DNA of 64,000 nucleotides from Bacilli bacterium (GTDB lineage Bacteria; Bacillota_I; Bacilli_A; RFN20; CAG-826): NCBI GenBank assembly GCA_045130875.1, contig JBGUQI010000022.1, positions 215,795 to 279,794 of the forward strand, read 5' to 3'. Shown piece by piece: positions 57,746 to 64,000 of this stretch (position 1 is its first letter; each line of letters starts with the position of its first letter). The notes under the pieces were generated by a model. It saw only the letters and a program-made list of their open reading frames with translations, ran no database searches and was not told where the DNA came from. The position numbers and the translations under genes were made by a program.

Positions 57746-59129
57746 TATCCTTCACGGCCTCAACGATATATTCCATAGAGAAGAAACCTTCTTGCGGAAC
57801 TCCCCCATATAATCCTTTTAGGTATTGAGAAACAAGATTTGTTCCAGCTTGGATTTTTCTGCCAAACTCATCTAATGAGTAACAAGATATTCTTTGGTCT
57901 GGATTTCTATCAAGTAGATAGACGCCATTTTTGATTGGATAATCAAGCAAAAGAGTATTATGTGTCGTAAAAATAAGTTGGCCTTTGATTGATTTTTCTA
58001 ATGATTTAATAATTGTTTTTAACAATATATCATTTATGCCATTATCAATTTCATCAATAATGATTGTCCCATTGTTGGTGGCGGCATAATAGAAATACTT
58101 AAACAATTTAAGCAACTTCTTGGTACCGGTAGATTCCTTTTCGTAAGGAATATCAACGCTATCACCAGTTGTTTTTTCAATAAAATGTAGTTTGTAAGTT
58201 CTCGTACTACCACTTCGGTTAGAAGTTATACGATAATCAACTCCACTAATGTTCGCATACAAAGAAGAATAAAACATTGTTAAAGCTTTTTTAGTCTTCA
58301 TCATTTGTCTTTCAAGAGAATCATCGTATGGTCCTTCAAAAACATCATCCAACAAATCATTAATATACTCATCATCAGGTTCATCTATATTTAAAAAAGA
58401 GAAAAATGATTCATTTTCTTTAGTCTTGAATATGAATGTTTTTTCAATAGAGTCCATAAATTCAATTACGGGTATGCCAACGCTTTTCTTAACTAAAGAA
58501 AAATCCACTTCCTTCACGACTGCATTTATACATGACAAAATTGTGTGTTTCCCAAAATACAAAGAGCAATAATCTAAAATGAGATTATTCAAATTATCAG
58601 ACATAAAAAAGTTTGGTTTTAATGTCAATTTCTTTTTGCCTGCATGAAAAATAATATCTCCGTTGCACATTAATTTTTCTTCAACGATTCTCTTGCTGCT
58701 AAAAATCATAGAATAGACAAATCTTTTGTCGTGAATGAATGACTCAAAAATTAGTGACATATTATTATCGGAACCTATTCTTTTATATTTTTCGATAGGT
58801 TCTTTTATGCCGAGAGAATTGGCATACTGGCTAAAAATACCATAAAAATTTTTTTGATCATGGTCTTTAGACAGATAATCATTTGCACGTTTCAATCTCT
58901 CAATTGAATAAAATGATTTAACCAACAAATCAAAAGCATCAACAATCGAAGTTTTTCCGATGCCATTTTCTCCGTAAATTAAGCAAAGTTTTTTAGCACG
59001 CTTTTCATTCTTGTTTTCACTAAAATCAACTTCAAAATGATCAAATGACTTAAAGTTTTCTAAAATCAATTTACTAAACATAATTAATGACCTCGAAGAT
59101 AATATATCTATTTTCTGGTCAAAAATCAA
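57729..59129 (-). CDS. ABC-type (AAA_21/SMC-like) ATPase, defence/abortive-infection-type
   Basis: The N-terminus LILENFKSF....LIYGENGIGKTSI carries Walker A. A signature-like STGTKK, Walker B IIIDEIDNGI and an H-loop FTTHNT are also present. Confidence 0.55.
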   Translation of the reverse strand: MIFDQKIDILSSRSLIMFSKLILENFKSFDHFEVDFSENKNEKRAKKLCLIYGENGIGKTSIVDAFDLLVKSFYSIERLKRANDYLSKDHDQKNFYGIFSQYANSLGIKEPIEKYKRIGSDNNMSLIFESFIHDKRFVYSMIFSSKRIVEEKLMCNGDIIFHAGKKKLTLKPNFFMSDNLNNLILDYCSLYFGKHTILSCINAVVKEVDFSLVKKSVGIPVIEFMDSIEKTFIFKTKENESFFSFLNIDEPDDEYINDLLDDVFEGPYDDSLERQMMKTKKALTMFYSSLYANISGVDYRITSNRSGSTRTYKLHFIEKTTGDSVDIPYEKESTGTKKLLKLFKYFYYAATNNGTIIIDEIDNGINDILLKTIIKSLEKSIKGQLIFTTHNTLLLDYPIKNGVYLLDRNPDQRISCYSLDEFGRKIQAGTNLVSQYLKGLYGGVPQEGFFSMEYIVEAVKDNEQKN

Positions 59130-59386
59130 TAAAAAGTCATTTATACCTAAATATTTGCTAATTTTTTTAGCATTTACTATTGTGTTGTGAGATAAGAATA
59201 GTTATTATAAAGATATGGAAAATAAAAAGTCCTGACAAATATTACTAAAACCATAGCACATCGCCATGCTATTGCATTTAGTAATCATAGCTATGTGGTG
59301 TGCGAATTCTATCGCCATCATTTTGATGGCTTTTTCTTTCCTTAGTGGAGACTCCACTATAAAAGTCTACTATAGGAGGGGAGAGT

Positions 59387-59776
59387 ATGAACAAACAACG
59401 AGTTTTTATTTCTTTCGATTATGATCACGACAGTGATATTAAAGGGTCATTAGTTGCTCAAGCAAGAAATGATGATTCTCCTTTTGAAATTGTTGATATG
59501 TCTATAAAAGAAGCTATTGATTCAAACTGGAAATATTACGCTAGGCAAAGAATTAGAAGCTGCAATTGTGTTATTGTTTTATGTGGAAAATACACTAATA
59601 CAGCCAAAGGCGTTACCGCCGAATTAACAATTGCCCAAGAAGAACATGTTCCATATTTTTTGCTTTGTGGTAGAAACAACGAAACTGTTCAAAAACCAGT
59701 GAGTGCTAAAGCTTCTGACAAAATCTATAAATGGACATGGGATAATCTAAAACTATTACTGAAAGGATATAGATAA
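59387..59776 (+). CDS. TIR-like domain protein (DUF1863/ThsB-like)
   Basis: The N-terminus RVFISFDYDHDSD has the characteristic TIR-like opening strand. A 129-aa single-domain protein preceded by a GGAGGGGAG SD. Confidence 0.45.
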   Translation: MNKQRVFISFDYDHDSDIKGSLVAQARNDDSPFEIVDMSIKEAIDSNWKYYARQRIRSCNCVIVLCGKYTNTAKGVTAELTIAQEEHVPYFLLCGRNNETVQKPVSAKASDKIYKWTWDNLKLLLKGYR

Positions 59777-59777
59777 C

Positions 59778-60194
59778 ATGAAGGAAGAAATAATTTCAAT
59801 TTGGTCGTCATATACAGAACAAGCCAACGAACTAACAAACAAACGATTGACAATGAGCTCTTTCTTTTTTGCTATCTCTGCAGCTTTGCTTGGGTTATCA
59901 ATCCCTTATTTAGGACTTCCAAGTTTAATCATTTCCACTATTGGATTATTGCTAAGCATCATGTGGTGTTTAATGATTCTATCTTTTAAGTCATTAAATT
60001 CAGCCAAATTCGAAGTCATTGCAAAAATTGAAGAAAAAATGCCAATTAAGCCATACGAAGAAGAATGGCTAATAGCAAAGAAAAAAAGATACATCAAAAT
60101 AACAACCATAGAAACTATTATTGCTTTAGTTATAGTCCTTGGATTTATATCTTTGATTGTTATATCGATTTTAAAACTTGCTGGTGAAATGTAA
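59778..60194 (+). CDS. Small 3-TM membrane protein translationally coupled to the TIR-like gene
   Basis: It starts 2 nt after the TIR-like stop. It has three hydrophobic helices and a short charged loop. Confidence 0.45.
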   Translation: MKEEIISIWSSYTEQANELTNKRLTMSSFFFAISAALLGLSIPYLGLPSLIISTIGLLLSIMWCLMILSFKSLNSAKFEVIAKIEEKMPIKPYEEEWLIAKKKRYIKITTIETIIALVIVLGFISLIVISILKLAGEM

Positions 60195-60215
60195 TAATAT
60201 GACAGCCTTTAAAGA

Positions 60216-60241
60216 AAAAGAGTGTTTATCACTCTTTTTTA
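60216..60241. terminator. Bidirectional terminator
   Basis: An AAAGAGUG-uuuauc-ACUCUUUUUU hairpin lies between the convergent genes. Confidence 0.55.
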
Positions 60242-62818
60242 TTTATTCAGCATCTTATTTGCTATACCGATGAAGGCATAGTTATTAGCGCCTTTTACTA
60301 AGTTATATTCATCGCCTAGTTCTAAGGCTGTCTTGTATATATTTTTAAATATATTAGACATAATGTCTTTTAATCTATTATCCACTTTCTCAAAAGACCA
60401 AACTTCGCCTTTTTTGTTCTGTTCAATCTCTAATCCAGATACCGCTACTCCACCGGCATTAGAAGCTTTGCCTGGTGAATAGATAATTTTATTATTAATA
60501 AATTTATTTGCGGCTTCTAATGTGCATGGCATATTAGCGCCTTCAAAAACCCCAATACATCCATTATTAATTAATTTATCAGCATCTTTATCATCTAATT
60601 CAAATTGAGTGGCGCATGGAAATGCGACATCACATTTGATAGACCATATATCTTTAGTATTTAATATTTGTACTTCAGCATTAACTAAAGAAACATATTC
60701 TCTAATACGACCTCTTCTATCTTCTTTGAGCTCTCTTAATACATTAAAGTCAATACCATTAGGTACATATATAGTGTTATTAGAGTCATTCATAGCAATG
60801 ACTGTACCACCACACTCAACAACCTTTTTTAGACAATATAAGGCCACATTACCACTTCCGGAGATAATAACTCTCTTTCCCTTTAAATCTGTCTCTTTGT
60901 ATTGCTTTAAGGCCTCTAAAGCAAAATATGTAACACCATAACCAGTGGCCTCAGTTCTACATAAGGATCCACCCATATCTAATGGCTTTCCTGTTAAAGA
61001 ACAATCAGATTTTCCGGAATATAGTTTATAAGCTTCATAGAGATATCTTATTTCTCTACCACCTACACCTATATCACCTGCAGGTACATCTAAATCTACA
61101 CCTATATATGGATATAATTCTTTCATAAAGGCATAACAGAAGTTTTTGACTTCGTTATCACTTTTGCCTTTGGGATCAAAATCACTGCCTCCTTTAGCGC
61201 CACCCATAGGTAAGGTAGTTAAATAATTCTTAAATACTTGTTCAAACGCTAAAAACTTGAGGATTGATAAATTAACAGATGGATGAAATCTTAATCCACC
61301 TTTATAAACACCATTAACATTATTAAATTGGACACGATATCCTTTGTTTGTGTGTTCAAGGCCAGTATCATCTTTCCATTTAACATCAAAAATAATAACC
61401 CTATCAGGGGTAACAATCTTATCTAATATAGATTGATATTTTTCATTAGAAAGGACTCTATCATCTAATGATGACATCATCTCTTTGATGGCGGTTTGAA
61501 ACTCAGGTTCATTTTTATATTTAGTTAAATCAAGCGAATTATAGATGTTTTTATTCAATAATTTCATTATGAAATTATAAAAAGCTCTTGAATTCACATC
61601 TTTAGAATGGTTGGCGCGAGCAACTTTAATAGCGTTTTCAACTTTTGAATAACAAAAAGAATCGTCATTCAGCATTCTTTCAATCAAGTCTCTCGCCTCA
61701 ATAATACTGCTTGCGACAAAAGCGCAATCAAATCGTTTTAAGTATGAATAAACAAAACTAGTTTTAGGACAAACAACCAAAAAAGGCTTTCCTAATGATA
61801 AAACATCAGCAATTTTAGTTGTAAACGCATTTTGGGTATCCTTGATATAATAATCATCAAAACTTTCAACATGAATAACAATTTTTGAATTGACCAATGC
61901 CTTTATGTTGGCTTCATATGTTAATCTTCCTTTAAAGTCAACACAATGAAGATTGGAAAGATAATTGATTTGCTTCGGATCGTTAGAAAGAGAATAAATC
62001 ACCATTGGATTTTCCGTTTTTTCAAAAACAACTTCCGCTAATTGACCCAATACCTTATATCTTCCTACACCAATATTGCCAGAATATACAACACCCGTTC
62101 CTCGAATATCTGTAGGCATCAAATCCGATGAATTGTAGATGACAATGTTACAATGATTGGGATATTTTTTTAGATACAAATCCCGAAGCGAATCGGTTAA
62201 ATAAACATGACCAACCGCCTGCTTATATAGGCGGTTATAGCTTTTTTGTAATGTTTTAATAAAAACATTAAACAAAAGTGTTTTTCTATTTTTGGGTGAT
62301 AGATAATTCCATTTTTTAAAAGCATAGTCCTCTGAATTAAAAGTAATTAATTTCGTTTTGAGCTTTTTGGATAATTTGACGGCTATATCAATCAAAAAAT
62401 CTGAGTCACCACATTGCAAGCATATTATGTCAGGAGAAAACTTTTTTGAAACATCCAATAATTCATTAAATAATCTTTTATTTTTCCAAAGAAAGGACCT
62501 TGCCAAGCACTTAAATGGTGTTTTATTCTTTTTTGTAGCAACAGAACTATTCTCTTTATGTTCAGTAATAAATGACCCAAAAGGAAGGGAATAAAAAGGT
62601 TTAAGTAACTTATGTTCATCAATTTGATAAAAAGATGCAAGCGATGTTTCGGGATTATTTCCATTAATAAATATATTTAAAACATCTTTCTTTGAAAAAA
62701 GGCCCAACAAAGTCAATATGGTTCTACCATTTGAATTGCTTTTACTTAATGGATTGTTAGAAATTAATAAAACCTTCATGCTTATACCTTTAAATAGAAA
62801 TAGAATAATAATCAACAA
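60239..62818 (-). CDS. Fusion protein: N-terminal glycosyltransferase-like domain (~417 aa) + C-terminal Glu/Leu/Phe/Val-family glutamate dehydrogenase (~440 aa)
   Basis: The C-terminal half matches GdhA almost motif for motif (EPEF...YRVQFN...GPYKGGLRFHPSVNLS..KFL.FEQ.FKN.LTTLPMGGAKGGSDFDPKGKSD.E). The N-terminal half begins VLLISNNPLSKSNSNGRTI and is continuous in frame, with no internal SD before Met418. Confidence 0.6.
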   Translation of the reverse strand: MLIIILFLFKGISMKVLLISNNPLSKSNSNGRTILTLLGLFSKKDVLNIFINGNNPETSLASFYQIDEHKLLKPFYSLPFGSFITEHKENSSVATKKNKTPFKCLARSFLWKNKRLFNELLDVSKKFSPDIICLQCGDSDFLIDIAVKLSKKLKTKLITFNSEDYAFKKWNYLSPKNRKTLLFNVFIKTLQKSYNRLYKQAVGHVYLTDSLRDLYLKKYPNHCNIVIYNSSDLMPTDIRGTGVVYSGNIGVGRYKVLGQLAEVVFEKTENPMVIYSLSNDPKQINYLSNLHCVDFKGRLTYEANIKALVNSKIVIHVESFDDYYIKDTQNAFTTKIADVLSLGKPFLVVCPKTSFVYSYLKRFDCAFVASSIIEARDLIERMLNDDSFCYSKVENAIKVARANHSKDVNSRAFYNFIMKLLNKNIYNSLDLTKYKNEPEFQTAIKEMMSSLDDRVLSNEKYQSILDKIVTPDRVIIFDVKWKDDTGLEHTNKGYRVQFNNVNGVYKGGLRFHPSVNLSILKFLAFEQVFKNYLTTLPMGGAKGGSDFDPKGKSDNEVKNFCYAFMKELYPYIGVDLDVPAGDIGVGGREIRYLYEAYKLYSGKSDCSLTGKPLDMGGSLCRTEATGYGVTYFALEALKQYKETDLKGKRVIISGSGNVALYCLKKVVECGGTVIAMNDSNNTIYVPNGIDFNVLRELKEDRRGRIREYVSLVNAEVQILNTKDIWSIKCDVAFPCATQFELDDKDADKLINNGCIGVFEGANMPCTLEAANKFINNKIIYSPGKASNAGGVAVSGLEIEQNKKGEVWSFEKVDNRLKDIMSNIFKNIYKTALELGDEYNLVKGANNYAFIGIANKMLNK

Positions 62819-63959
62819 CTCTTGGGTGGGTAGTTATTTTACTACAGTATAATTCAAAATATTTTGAATTCATACTTTCTATAGAATACTTCAATTTAGC
62901 CTTTGCAGATATTTCATCTTTGTTAAAATTGCTATCAAGGGTTTTTTCGATAGCTTTAAAGAGATCTGCCATATTTGAATAGTCGACAAAAGTGCAATAC
63001 TCCTTAATCGCTATTTCTTCAGGTCCACCGGATTTAAAACCAACAACCGGTGTTCCACAAAGCAATGATTCGGCAACCGGCAAGCAAAATGTCTCAGATT
63101 TGCTTAATACTAGGGTTAAATCACTTTCAGCATAATATGATGTCATCTTCTCATTTTCGAGCACTGGGCCAGCATATTTTATGTTTGGGCAATCGGTTTT
63201 GGGTTTTGACTGATCAAACGAAACGCAAACAAAATTAAAGTGGGGATACTTTTTTGCAATTTGCTCAAAAAATGAATAGCCTTTATTTGGATTATAAATT
63301 GATGGGATTACAAAAAGTATTTGCTTTCTGACGCCACTTCCTCTCTTATGAACGACGCTATTAATACTAGGTAGTTCTAGACCGTTATAAATGGTTGATA
63401 TTTTTTTATTTTTTAAATAAGGACAAAGGCTTAAAAGTTCCTTTAAATAGTTCGAAACAGCGACTATTTCAAAACGATTATTATCTTTTAAAGCATAATT
63501 CATCTTATTCCATAAATTGTGAGGAAGATTTGCATCCGGATGCCTTGGGCACATTTTACATTCACCATCATTTTTCCATTGTGAACAATCAAATGAGTTG
63601 CCTCCACAATTAGCAAAAATCAAGTTACCAGAGTGAGCTGTATAAATTACATCTATATCTGTATTATTCAAATATTTAAACAAGATGTATGGATTAATAT
63701 AATTGTCATTGATGCTGTGAATATTGACAACATAAGGTTTCGTTTTTTTAATAAAACGAATCACTCTAAATGTTGAGAATAAATTAAATGAGTATATTCG
63801 ACCAGTAATTTTTCCCATTAGTTTTGAAATTATGGCCTCGATTTCAGAACACATCTTAAAAATATGGCCATCGTATTTATCAGAATCTGAGCCGCGTCCA
63901 TATAAAACACAAGTACTCATTTGTTCGTCTTTGCATTTTTCGTATATACCATGAACCAT
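62790..63959 (-). CDS. GT4-family glycosyltransferase
   Basis: The C-terminal motif ETFCLPVAESLLCGTPVVGF is typical of GT-B group-1 transferases. It overlaps the downstream fusion gene. Confidence 0.6.
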   Translation of the reverse strand: MVHGIYEKCKDEQMSTCVLYGRGSDSDKYDGHIFKMCSEIEAIISKLMGKITGRIYSFNLFSTFRVIRFIKKTKPYVVNIHSINDNYINPYILFKYLNNTDIDVIYTAHSGNLIFANCGGNSFDCSQWKNDGECKMCPRHPDANLPHNLWNKMNYALKDNNRFEIVAVSNYLKELLSLCPYLKNKKISTIYNGLELPSINSVVHKRGSGVRKQILFVIPSIYNPNKGYSFFEQIAKKYPHFNFVCVSFDQSKPKTDCPNIKYAGPVLENEKMTSYYAESDLTLVLSKSETFCLPVAESLLCGTPVVGFKSGGPEEIAIKEYCTFVDYSNMADLFKAIEKTLDSNFNKDEISAKAKLKYSIESMNSKYFELYCSKITTHPRVVDYYSISI

Positions 63960-64000
63960 TTTTCCAATACTACCAATTTCATATACACTGGTGATTATTA

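Noticed and set aside
1..64000. CRISPR arrays, tRNA/rRNA genes, IS elements, prophage integrases
   Set aside because: No regularly spaced direct repeats were seen. No tRNA-like T-arm consensus (GGTTCGAATCC-type) appeared in the intergenic regions. No transposase or integrase reading frames were found. Nothing could be supported from the sequence.
1..64000. Alternative genetic code (UGA=Trp, as in Mycoplasma)
   Set aside because: Long conserved genes such as recA, mnmG, sufB and der are intact under the standard code. TGA is used as a genuine stop (e.g. 53144-53146, with ATGA start/stop coupling), as in Acholeplasma and Firmicutes.

Overview
Low-GC (about 35% GC) bacterial chromosome segment that uses the standard genetic code; UGA serves as a stop codon (e.g. 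at 53144-53146). The first ~37 kb is a housekeeping region whose gene order resembles Bacillus subtilis (miaB-ricF-miaA, rny-ymdB, pgsA-cinA-recA, gpsB-rnpB, dnaD-nth, der-cmk, sufCDSUB, mnmG-rsmG). A membrane glycolipid glucosyltransferase similar to Acholeplasma MGS is present and no peptidoglycan genes appear, which suggests a Mollicutes-like or Acholeplasma-like firmicute. I identified an RNase P RNA (type B) and an FMN riboswitch in front of an ECF riboflavin transporter. The most notable region is ~37.6-57.1 kb, which appears to be an undescribed c-di-GMP-controlled secretion/surface-fibre locus. It contains three class-I c-di-GMP (GEMM) riboswitch aptamers, one single and one tandem pair. 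These precede operons that encode a paralogous family of secreted proteins with TasA/CalY-type 'SipW-cognate' signal peptides (..AWF.. motif), including a 1012-aa beta-helix protein. The locus also encodes a dedicated archaeal/ER-type signal peptidase (SipW-like), a membrane-anchored AAA_5 ATPase and a long coiled-coil protein. A complete c-di-GMP module flanks it: a PAS-GGDEF cyclase, a degenerate-GGDEF/intact-EAL phosphodiesterase, and a 1042-aa membrane protein with degenerate GGDEF-EAL that is likely a receptor. Downstream lie a small AT-rich defence-like islet (ABC-type ATPase plus small partner; TIR-like protein plus small 3-TM protein) and an apparent glycosyltransferase-glutamate dehydrogenase fusion beside a GT4 gene.
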